A DNA stretch of 62,178 nucleotides, filler included, from Bipalium vagum (lineage: Eukaryota), in assembly GCA_037834085.1 (NCBI GenBank). It is 3 parts of 3 records of this genome, joined end to end, with 100 filler letters (N's around TTAATTAATTAA, not from the genome) between each part and the next. Parts side by side here need not be neighbours in the genome. Positions count along the whole stretch, not along the records: positions 18,757 to 42,551 come from JBBMKC010206376.1; 2 more parts are not named here. One strand, 5' to 3'. The position numbers and the translations under genes are program-made. Numbering within the stretch: the first letter of the stretch is position 1; every line of letters begins with the position of its first letter. The notes beneath the pieces are model-generated. The model had not been told where the DNA came from. It was given only the letters and a program-made list of their open reading frames with translations, and did not search any database. Of the stretch, positions 23,160 to 34,745 are shown in pieces.

Positions 23160-25450
23160 ATTGGTTTTCGCATTTCCATATGCGAAACTTCGGTTAATGA
23201 CCATTCTACGACTTCGACTCCAATTCCAAATAAAGTCACAGCACTTTATAGATCTCGTCGAGATCTTCCAAATGATACATCAGATGCAAAATTCGGACTG
23301 AAATTCAAACATTTACGCAGTGCCAAAGATCGCCAATGCAAAAAAGGCGAAACAATTTCGGCCGAAATTGTGAACAATGCGAATACTGGTCGGATCCAAC
23401 TGCCCGGCCTACCAATGCAAAGCCCTCGACGAGACGATTCCGAGGCAATGCCCAAATCCGCGGTACCACTCGCGGAACCGTGGGTAAATCGTGTTGACAG
23501 TGACCGGAGATGGATGAGCCGCCATGGGTCGACATTTTTCGACTTACAATATTGCTTACCCCGGCTTCCCTGTAAGGAAGCGTCTGGGGAGTCCTGTGGT
23601 CGTTCCAACGGCCGTGGGCAAGCCGAGTTGGCCGGTGGAAAGCCAACCGGAAGTAATTTAGTTAAGTGTTGTCACAAAAATTGAAATTTCCAAATTTTAA
23701 GTAAAGATTTTAATTTTAATACCCCCCAATTAGTTTTCATATTAAATTTATATAAATGTGGCACCAAGGAATCCATCTGTGATGGATTTAACAACAAATT
23801 TAGCCCAGCTTTCAACCTTTTCGTAAAAATACTTAATAAATTTAATTCCAAAATGGCAAAAATTTTATTTTGTCAATTTACGGCTAAATTTGACGATCTT
23901 GGTGTCAAATTAAAGATAAAAATTGTTAGAATACCGAGAACTGTTATGCGTGCGGTCCTTCCTTAATTATAACCGTTTTTATTATTGGCCATTTTACATC
24001 ATTTAAATTTGCGCCTAACAACGTAAATTTAAAAACCAATTTTAACAAAAATTTTTTGAAATTTTTAATTTTAGGTTTTTGACCAAATGTCTGGTACCAT
24101 ATAAAAGAGGATTTTTTTCTCTATTATATGATACCTTTACTTTTTTTCTAAAGAAAAATAACCGGAGATATTACAACTTTAAAATTACCGAATTTATACT
24201 TAAAGAAGTTAATAATTTAATTTTAAGTAAATTCTCCTGTTCTGACTTGACCACCATGACCAACACCGTTGTCCCCAAGACTGAAACTGTACTATTTAGT
24301 ACAACTCCAACGGTGCTCTATCTTTTGAGCCCTCTCCGGACTTATTTGATCGCTCCGGCCAAAAGCTATAGCCTTTTTATAATAATCACTTTACCTAGAA
24401 ATCTAAATAAATTTCTAGCTAAGTATTTCATTGAAAATTTCAAATCTTTGAATGCTTCCAATTCTCTAAATAATTTTTATCCACTACTTACCGCACACCA
24501 AATTAAAGACCGGACGATCCTCTCTCTAAATTACCCAAGCTCTAAAATTGATCGCCACCACAGCCAAAAATATTCAAATTCAAAAAATTCATCTTTTTAC
24601 CATTTTAGTGATCTGAGAATTAATACTTTTCGGCCTTACATCGAATTTTTAACCAAAGACCGCCGCTATAACAACTCTTTTAATGCATTTAATATTTTGT
24701 ATTATAAAACAAACCAGATGGACTGCAATGACTCCCACCATCTCTCCCAGGGCTACACCCCCATAAATTTATTCATTTTTTCCCGAATTTAATTGATTTT
24801 TATACAGAATCCTCCGTGAAAAATCACCATTTATGTTATAATTATGCGCAGGGGGGTGTTATGGAGCGCGTTCTCCCCATGGCAGCTGGCACTTAACCCC
24901 AGCTCTCCATTGGCCCGATTTCAAATTTTGTTTTTCAATGTATAAAAGTATTTTTGAATATTTTTATTTATATTTTTGCCTCATATATTAATTATATACA
25001 TTTAAACAACGTGTACAATGCGTTGTCCCTTGTCTTTGGTCACGAGGACCAAATGTCAAATCATAGCCGATGGGGCTACGAAAAACTTTCAAGTTTACAA
25101 CCAGGATAAGGTAACCCCATCGTATTCCGAGGTTGTATGTAAGACTGTTAGGGGGATTGACGGGCGGCTATATGAACTAGTCCCCCTGGAACCGGCAGGA
25201 CCGCAAGTACAACCACGGCCAACCCAGACCCCTGCCGGTCAACATAAAGGCGGCAATAAGAACGCAGGCCCAAAAAAGAATAATTTGAAAAAAACAGAGT
25301 CACGTAAAATCGGCCGAAATGAAAGACCTTATACGCATGATTTATGAGCTTAGGGCTGAAGTTAGGCGAGATGGGTCTTCAGGCGCTAAGCAATCAGAAG
25401 GACTAAGTCAAGAACAAGTTAGTCATAAGGATCATAAGTATAAGGGCGTA
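23160..25450 (+). mobile_element. Leader and ORF1 start of a third subfamily (C, related to B), 3'-truncated
   Basis: 23555-23645 matches 35090-35180; 24845-24915 matches 36092-36150; ORF 25018 (KCQIIADGA...VTPSYSEVVCKTVRGIDGRLYELVP) matches 36221/36313; 23169-23270 matches 42101-42210. Confidence 0.8.
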
Positions 25451-26419
25451 TAGAGATAATGAAGCCAGCTTTTCAATTGATTACGAGGACTTTTTTAAAA
25501 TCGAGTGTATTGCAAGAAAAAGAAAGAACCACACGTAAATTTATTTTAATGATTTTATTTTTATTTTTTATTAGGAAGTATTTTCAATGATTTGCAGTCG
25601 AGCACTCCTGACAATGGATGCTTTGTGACACTTAATAGACTGTAATCTGAAGATAATGTCTCATAAGTTTTGGAAAATATTATAAAATAGTTTTAACCCA
25701 TTTGAAGTCTTTTACTGAGACCATTCAAGCCAGAAATTATAACAAATGTTGCATCTAACGATGGGAATATTATTAATTAAAATGGAATACACTACATTTT
25801 CTCTATAAGCGAATTTAGAAATAGAGCCGTCTTTAAAATAAATATACACACACAAATGAAAATAATATTGTTTTGAATTGAATAAAAAAAGTTTTTATAA
25901 AAATATATAATTTGGTATCGCCCCCTTCTTGCTTTAAACGACCGTTTTTCTATAAGCTACTTTTTCAGAGAAATAAACTCAGCTGAAGTCAGTAATATAA
26001 AAAATTTAATATATGTTTTGATTACTTAATAAACCGCTAACTTTTATTTTATTTTTTATTCTTTAATTAAAGTTTGTCAGTATTTTTTTAAAAATTTTAT
26101 TCAAATTATTTAATAGTTAATTTAATTTAAATATGAAAGATTTCCTTGTTTACATTTCCACGTTTTCCTGTTTTTCCAACATGTTTGCATAACACTTTAG
26201 TCGACGTCAACTGAAAATCGATAAATATCACTATATACGGAATTTTTTCGATAAAAATGATTTTCTTATTCTCAATTCGAAAAAAATTGTCAATATGACA
26301 GCAGAAAATGATTTTTCTAAATATAAAAATAAAAACGTCGTTTTATCACTTTTTTTTCGTCCAATATTCAATTTTTAAATGTTAAATAAAAAAAACCCTA
26401 AATATGGCTATGTCCACGG

Positions 26420-27170
26420 CATGTCCCGCGCTCGCTCCTCTTTTTTATCGCTTCTAGCTTCATAGCTATGATCAAAAGTGAACTAGCCAATCAGCACGAA
26501 GCTTTTGATTTCCACGAAATTCCATTGGTTTACATACAAGCCAATCAGAATTCGTTTTCAATTATGCTACACAAATTGCAAGAATTTGACATAGCTGGAA
26601 ATACCGACGTCCAATTCCGTCAATTTATGCCTCAAAGTTCCGGAAATTTTCTGCCGCCCGACGATTGGGCTATGCCCCAGCGTAGCTGGGATGAAGAATT
26701 TTCAAATTTTTCCGAAAATTGGAATTGCAGAAAAATTATGAACATGTGGGTTTTTTCCCTTGCAAAGGGAGTTTTACCACATGTAAAATGCGGTAGTTTA
26801 CTTGACCATGATTCCATCTTGATGAATCTCTCTTCGCAGTACACCTCTCTACTGGATTCAATATTCGTCGTCCCGACATCAACTTGGTTCTCACCCAAGA
26901 AATTTAGCAGACATATTAGGATTCGCCTATATTTTTATATGAGAAAAATTTCGGTCCGATCTTGCCCCTTTCCAAAGTTAGGAGGGTTCAAAGTTGGCCC
27001 CTTTTTTCACTTATTATTTAAATTATCAAAATTTTCGGGCACTTTCACATGCTCCCCCAGTCACACCATCATGTGCCAAGGAATGTTATGGTAATTTTAA
27101 ACATCCCCAAACGTCTATTATGCATCCGAGACATTGTCCTGGCCCTGGGGGAGCCTCTGTATTGTACTTA
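26420..27170 (+). mobile_element. Internally deleted leader unit of the RLE element (B-type), with U2-like head and CCAAT boxes
   Basis: 26422-26481 is identical to 27172-27231; 26600-26900 matches 34800-35100; 26900-27050 matches 35850-36000; gccaatca/attgg motifs at 26486-26550. Confidence 0.75.
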
Positions 27171-27171
27171 T

Positions 27172-29970
27172 TGTCCCGCGCTCGCTCCTCTTTTTTATCG
27201 CTTCTAGCTTCATAGCTATGATCAAAAGTGATTTAGCCAATGAGCTTGAAGCTCTTGTTTTTATCGATTTTCTATTGGTTCACATAGGAACCAACGAGAT
27301 ACCGATTCCAATTACAGTATACAAATTGGACTAAATGCTCAATATGGAAAATCTGGACTCCCAATTCCCCGTGGATATGCCCCAGATCTTCGAAAAATTT
27401 TTGCTGCCCGACGATTGGGCTATGCCCCAGCGTAGCTGGGATGAATTTTCTCCAAATTTGGAGAAAATTTTTGGAAGCGAAAAAATATGGAGCATGTGGC
27501 TTTTATCCCTTGCTAAGGGAGTTTTGCCACATGTAGAATGTGGTAAATCTGTTCTTTTAGTGGCCAGATCTCCGCCTTCCCGTTTAGACGCCGCCGAAAT
27601 CCCAATGTTTCCTGAAGCTCGGCTGCTCCCGTCTGGCCTGAGGGGCCCGATGCCCCATCCCGAATTCCAGCGGCACAGTCCAGATCCTATTCCAGCCTCC
27701 CAAAGTGCTCTGGATGCCCTATGGTCCTCGCTGAGGACTCCAGGTGACCATTCGTCAAACATTTGTACATTTTTCTCAATGTTGATCACTCACTTTAACA
27801 TTTTTGACATTATTAATACTGTTTATGTTTTTATCTATGTGTATGATGCCTTAATACCCCTTAAAACCGGCCCTTCTGGCCAAATTTTTAATTTTTATCA
27901 CTATTTCACGTTATATGAGGCTCCCCACCCTTTTGCTAAGTATCTTTTAAACTTATGCATTTCTTGCGCCCATTTTTTGGCTGCTGCCTCCCTTGATGCC
28001 GAACATCACCCTCCTAAAGCATCAAGTCTTATCTCTTTTTCCTTTTCCTGCTTCCAAAACCAGTTTTTCAAGTCTTTTAAATTATCACCACCAATGGGGA
28101 GCCCCAATATTATACTGTATATAACTAATTTATTTGTTTATAAAATAATTTACGAAAATAAAAAGTCCGAGATCCCGGGCCAAAATTATATAATTAGTAA
28201 AAATTTTAAAATTATAAGGTTATTAAAAAAAAATTAGCTCAATCCGTGGCCGGGATCAAAAGTTATGGGCTTTTTAATTTTCCGATTTATAATTGTCAAT
28301 TATTAAATAACTATAAGATTCTACTTAGAGTTATTTGCTATATTTATAATCATATTTGCATTGTTAATTTTATTGATATTTTTACCAATTTAAATTTGAA
28401 TTGCCCTCTGGCCATCTCCACTACTCCCACCTGTCCGTCCTTGACTTCCGGCTGTCTTCCGGTCTCCGTTTTTAGCCATAATTTTGATTGCGAACTTGGC
28501 TCTTTCCTACTGACCTTTTCTGCTGTTTTTGCCACCCTCTTTCGGCTCTGTGCTCACCTCTTCTATCAACAGTTAGTTTTCGCTGCCTCGGTGAGCGCTG
28601 TTAAGGTTCAAATTCTTCGCATGGCAGCGCCCAGTCATATTCCGGTTTTCTACAATCTAAGCTTCTGGAGGACATTCCAGAACACCGAATATGTCCCTCC
28701 AGTGGCTGATGCTTCGCCGTCTCACCCGCCTGTCTCTCCCCCGGCGATCCGACGAAACCACCGACGTAACCGGCGTTGGGGTAAGGGAGGAAAAGGGAAA
28801 TCTAACCCACGCCCTTCTCCTAGTACATCTCTTCCTGAATTTGAAAATCTAATCATTTCCTGCCCTTCTGACTCGTCCTCTGGCCGCACCGTTTCCATCC
28901 GAAGTGGCCCAAATAGACCTCCGGCTCAACCTCCTAGTGAATTTATTCCTACTTGGTTCCCCTCACCTAAGCCTTCATCTCCTGTTCCGATTATTCAATC
29001 TCCGGCTCCGCCTCCTCCTCCTCCTCCTAAGAAACATGTGACATTCAAGGATGTCATCTTGAAGGACCCTGCTAAGATCAACACCTCCATCAAACCGAGG
29101 CCTCCAGCATCTCCAAAAAACCCGCCTCCAAAGGGTCCAAATCCTTCGGATAAAAAACCTCCATCTTCCGGCAAACAAAATCTCTCAACTGGGCAGGAGA
29201 AGGCCCCCCCAGTTGAGGATTTCCTAGCGAAATTTTCCCTTGGCCCTCCGCGGAGATGGGTAAAACGCCCCCATCCAAATGATATCGCCTTGACTGCGAA
29301 CCCTGGCCGCATTGTGTGCAAGGGCTTCACATGCCTTTGTGGAAGGGATCCATCCCTCCAATGGCCTTCGTCAAAGCCTAATATGGAAGCCGCCACGAAG
29401 CTTTGTACGGAGATTCTCCTCGATATTGGCTGGAATCTGCCTTTGAATCCTATTGCTCCTCCGGCATCCACTGTTCCCCCGGCTCCTTGTGTCACTCCGA
29501 ATGGCTCGGACGCTTTGCCCAACACATCTGTTTCGTTGCCTCCGGCCCCTCCTGCTGTTCCGGCTCCTCCTCCTCCGTCTCCTCCTGTTAACCAACTGCC
29601 TTCCAATGACTTGTTGCCTCCGGAATCTCCCAGGGTGGACCTGGATGAAGAATCCGATGTTGACGACATCTCCAATCTCAGTATGGACTCTGACCCTCCT
29701 TCCCCTGTGGCTGAGGACCCTTATCACGGCGTCCTAGAGTCGGCATGTTTATTCGTCGATGCGGAATGCCAATCGGACATCTTTTTTATCGACCAGGCAG
29801 TACAGACAGGGCCATGGACCCCTGTTGAAATTTCCACACAAGCTGACCTGCCAGTCCTTCCACGTCCGTCCATGATAAATACTCTACGCGTTTTGGCCCC
29901 CGTGGCCGCCTTCATCCTAACCCCTTCTCAGAATAATAACCATCCCCACCTCTCTTCTCTGACCCTCGCG
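27172..29970 (+). mobile_element. Subfamily A copy 2: leader plus proline-rich ORF1 N-terminus, fused in frame to subfamily B
   Basis: Collinear with 37595-39790. Pro/Ser-rich ORF (MAAPSHIP..., CKGFTCLCG) switches abruptly near 29971 to sequence matching 36615 onward. Confidence 0.85.
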
Positions 29971-32900
29971 ATAGAAATAAAAGAAAAAGTTAAGTTACCG
30001 GAGAATAAGTATAAGGGCCCCAGCCTTACCATCGAGGCCACCAACGGGGATAGGAAAGTGATGGTCACGGGTGAAGAGGAATGGACCGTCGTAAGAGGAA
30101 AGAAGAAAAACTGGCAGAAGAAGCCGCCAGTGAAATTCCACCAAATCAAAAATCATGACAAACCCAAATGGCAAAATAAGCAAATGCCACATGGTAACCA
30201 ACAGCCGAAAAATCCGCAGCATCCACCGAACAAGAAGCAACAATCTAATAAAACCACATCACAACAACAGCATAAAAATCTACAAGAATCCAACAAGAAT
30301 AAATCAAATAAAGATCCAAACCAGATACCGTCTAACACTGAAAATCTGCAAACTCCATCGAACACCAGGCTATCAACAACTGAAAATACCAGACCAGAAC
30401 CAACACATAAGCCGAATAATTCTAAAACGGCTCCAAATTACAATGTCCCTAAGTACAACCGGGAAAACTGCCCAAGGCCGGATTTGATTGGGCAGAAGAG
30501 ATGGATATTCGCTGGGTTGCGCCCAATCCATGGGCAAAACTCCAATATGTTTAGGGCGACATATCGGGAGATTAAAGTGAACCGACGGAATATGCCCCTC
30601 CTGGTGGACTACCGGTACAATCCGGACATGGAGAAGAAGAAAATTATTGGCTTCGGGTTTGCTCCGCCCGAAAAACCAATCATCACCAAAAAACAAGAAA
30701 ATCCTACGGAGCCAACCATCAATCTTGGTGAGCAAACAATACCAACGCAACCACTCGACACGATCCATGAAACGCCACAAGAAACAGTCATGGAGCCGGA
30801 AACACAATTGATGGAAGTCGATCTCGACGCCGAGCCGACTTGCTCCATTGAAGAAGATTACTTCCCACCTCCACCAGCTGAGGAAGATGATGTCATAATC
30901 CTTGACGAACAAATGCTAGAGGATGACGAAGATGATGACATCATTCCTCCTCCACCAATGTTCAAATCCACAGTTGAAACACAAACTATGATTGAAACGC
31001 GGGATTTCGGCACCCAGACTATGCAAATGAACACCATCGAAACATCCCCGCATGTCACCAGAAAACCTCTTAAACGCCGGAAAACAATGATAACCCAATT
31101 CAATGAAAATAACTCTGATGATGATGTATCTATTATATCAGTCGCGTCCTCCAGGAAATCATCCTCAAACAACGCCCGACCGCTAATCCAAACAACACTC
31201 AAAACCATCAATGCACCTGTCGCAACACCACACGATGTTTACGCTACCAATCCCGGCTGTGATTCACTCTCAGACCTTGATTCTGAAAGTGAATTAAATG
31301 AAACGATATCACAACCAATCATCAACGTGGAAAATATAGCGGAATCCTGTAATGGCTCCATGGATTTGAATACCATAAATTTCTTCGCAGGAGCAATTGA
31401 CAATACGGAAACAATAGCAACTTTTAAAGCCTACAACTCCCTAACGTGTAACTATTGTAACAATAAATACACCTTCAATAACGGCAAGTCCTGTGGGTTC
31501 GACGCCCACCTTCTCAATAATCACCAAATCAAACACACACCAGACTCTATGTACCGATGCATCTGTGGTCAGGCGATAGCTCGGAAAAATCTGCCCTCGC
31601 ACATCAGCTCACACATCAAAGCCACAATGCCAACATCAACCGACGTCTGCGACATTCCACTCACTGCCGCAGACTTGGAGCAAAGCTGACTAGGCAGCCA
31701 CCAGATAGAGGCCTATCTCAGGACCAAAATTACCATCAAGAACCACATCTATATCAGACCCGGTCCTGCGATAGCCCTATCTCAAGGAAAGATTAGAGAT
31801 TTTTACGAAATCTTTCCTTTTCATCTACTCGGCGAATGGCAAAAAATCATGTGGCCAATACATTGGAAATCACACCATTGGCTCATCTTTCTTGCAGACC
31901 GTACCACCAGAAGAACATTTCTATTAGACCCGCAACAGCCAAACCTCGATGAAGCCCAATTGGACCTTTTTTGCCTCCTCACGAACATCATAAATAAAAT
32001 TGGCGCGCCTCTCGACCCAGATCCAATGGAAATGGCCAAACCAGATCACCAGCCAATCCAAACAACACTCAACGACTGTGGATATTTCATCCTTCAATAC
32101 GCCATTGACTTCTCGGCAAATAACGATTTCCACAGCCCAAATATTACAAATTTAAAAGAAGAAATCAACAGCATTGTCACATCAATACTCTCCACCAGGA
32201 TCCGCAAACCAAATGGCAACACATCAACACCAACAATCCATCCAATTCTTGCCGAGGCCTGCATACAGATGGAAAATACCGACATTGACCTCAACTCCAT
32301 CTTAGAGTATGCTAGGCGAGCCACAGCTGACTTATATCCAGCTAGATTTTCAAAAATTATCCTCAAAAAATCACCGGCTCATCTCCTCCAAGACGAATCC
32401 ACCAACTCCGGATATCTCTTGCGACAGAAATATGAGAAGAATCCCAAGGACGTGTTTAACTCACTACTACCATCAAGCAAACCGTCCACCTTTCCATCGA
32501 TTGAGGATATCTCTAGCCATTTTTGCCAAACAACACCAGATCCAATTGACCAAAATTTTCTCCACACACTGCCTCGACATGCAATCCATTCGATTTTCGA
32601 CCAAATCGAACCAACTGATGTTATTTCCGCACTGAAATCTGCCAATAAATCAGCCCCGGGCAATGACGGCATCACTTATTGTGATTGGAAAGAAATTGAC
32701 CCAGACTGCATCTTTTTAACCAAACTATTCAACACCATCATCAGCCGAAAATCCATTCCAAGTCAATGGCAAGAATATAAAACAACGCTACTCCTCAAAC
32801 CAGGCAAAGATGAAAATTCACATCTCGTTTCATCATGGCGACCGATTGCAGTCCTATCCACATCATATCGGATCTTTGCTCTTGTTATAAATAATCGTCT

Positions 32901-34745
32901 CCTGCAATGGATCAAAAATCACCAATTAATTAGCCGCCACCAAAAGGCACTGTTTTCTGACAATGGATGTGCCGAACACAATGCCACCATCACCGGCATT
33001 ATGGAAGCCTCAAAAATGAACAAAAGCCAATACCATATCTGTTTCTTAGATATCGCCGAGGCGTTCCCAAGTGTACCACATGAATTACTATGGGAGACAC
33101 TCTCTAGATCAGGAGTTAGCAAAGACGCCGTTGACATGCTAAAATTAATTTACGAAAACAACAAAACTTTCTATGTTTGTCACCATCTAACTACGGCTCC
33201 AATTCAAATGTTCAAAGGGGTTAAACAGGGTTGCCCACTATCAATGACCCTGTTCTGCCTCGCCATCAACTTTATCATCTGCAAAATGGAAAATCATAAC
33301 CCGAAATTACAAGCTTTCAATTCCGAATGGGCCTGCCTTGCATATGCCGATGACCTGGCCATTCTAGCACCAACCAGAGAGGCACTGCAAAATAAGATCA
33401 AAATTATCACCACACTGGCCACGGGTATCCATTTCAAATTCCGTCCATCAAAATGTGGATACTTAACAAACAAATACTCTGCTCCAATCCGAATATATGA
33501 CCAAGAAATACCAAATATCCAACCAGAAAATGTCTACACATATCTCGGAGTGGTACATGGAGCAGACTTACGGAATTCAACAGACAAAATTCTAGAACAA
33601 AACCTCCGTGATTTACAAACTATTGCAAATACCGAACTCCATCCAGCACAAATCGTCCACGCGTATAAGTCTTTCATTCACTCGCGATTACCTTTCCATC
33701 TAGGTAACCGAGTGATTGACACCTTGACCTTGTCCTCACCATCAGCAAGACAAGCAGAACATCGTGAAGTCAAGGTGGGTTACGATGAAGCGGTCAGGAA
33801 AATCATTCGTGAAGTCACTGACTCATACCGACTTCAAAGTACCAATAAGGCCTACTTATACGCCCCAACAGCACTCGGTGGACTCCAAATCACTACGGCC
33901 TATGACGATTACAACGTCTGCAGCATTATCCAAGCCCTTCGTTTGTTAACTAGCACTGACAACAAGGTGAAAAATTTCTGCAGATCACATCTCCAACAAA
34001 TCGTAATCTCTCGGAAAGACAACAGCCAGGCCCCAATTGAAGAAAGAATGTTACTCTGGTTAAGTGACCGAACAACTGTCACAGGCTTTGGCGCCTCCAC
34101 ATGGTGGACAAAAATCCGCACGGCCATCAGAACTCTCCGTCGCATGAACATCAACTGTGACTTCCACAATGCGATGGATGAAATTCACCTGCGCATTGAA
34201 ATTATAGCACCAAACAACAATAATGAATTACAAGCATCAATTTTCAGCAGAGAAAATATCCACCTCGCCACAGCCCATCTACACGAGGCAATCGCTATGG
34301 TTTATTTCAAAGAGTGGACAAAACATCAGTCCCAAGGCAGACTTGTGCCCTGCTTCAGCCGTAGCCTCAAATCCAACACCATCCTCGGCAAATACCATCT
34401 GCCATCGGCCGTATGGAGATTTCTTCTCAAGCCCAGAAATAACAACCTTGGCCTCAATTACCGAACTTTCAATATTGCCAAGTCCAGGAATATCATGTGT
34501 CGCCACTGTCGCACACAGCCGGAATCACAAGCACACGTTCTCAACCATTGTCCGGCCAAATCCCACATTACCACGATAAAACACAACAAAGTACTCTATA
34601 AAATCGGTAATTGTCTCCGAAATCTCGGCCTCGATGTGGACATTGACACCGCTCCATCTGAAATTAACACCACACTTCGACCAGATATCATTATTCGCAA
34701 CAAATCCAAAAATACCATCAACATTTTGGATGTCAAAGTCACATA
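29971..34745 (+). mobile_element. NeSL-like RLE retrotransposon, subfamily B copy 1: ORF1 C-terminus, UGA, Ulp1-like protease, RT, truncated endonuclease
   Basis: Single frame with one internal stop (TGA 31687-31689). Two C2H2 fingers (CNYC...H....H; CICG...H...H); protease triad SHHWL / LLDP / QTTLNDCG; RT (SAPGNDG, WRPIAVL, FLDIAEAFPSVPH, GVKQGCPLS, YADD, YLG); CRHC...ESQAHVLNHC; RPDII...DVKV, then a junction into the next leader. Confidence 0.93.

Noticed and set aside
28995-31211. Many long antisense ORFs over the retrotransposons
   Set aside because: Expected shadow frames of C-rich coding strands; no motifs.
28246-31689. 1147-aa ORF as a single natural novel protein
   Set aside because: It is an in-frame chimera of subfamily A and B ORF1 joined near 29971, as shown by the separate copies at 37595-39790 and 36221-37597.
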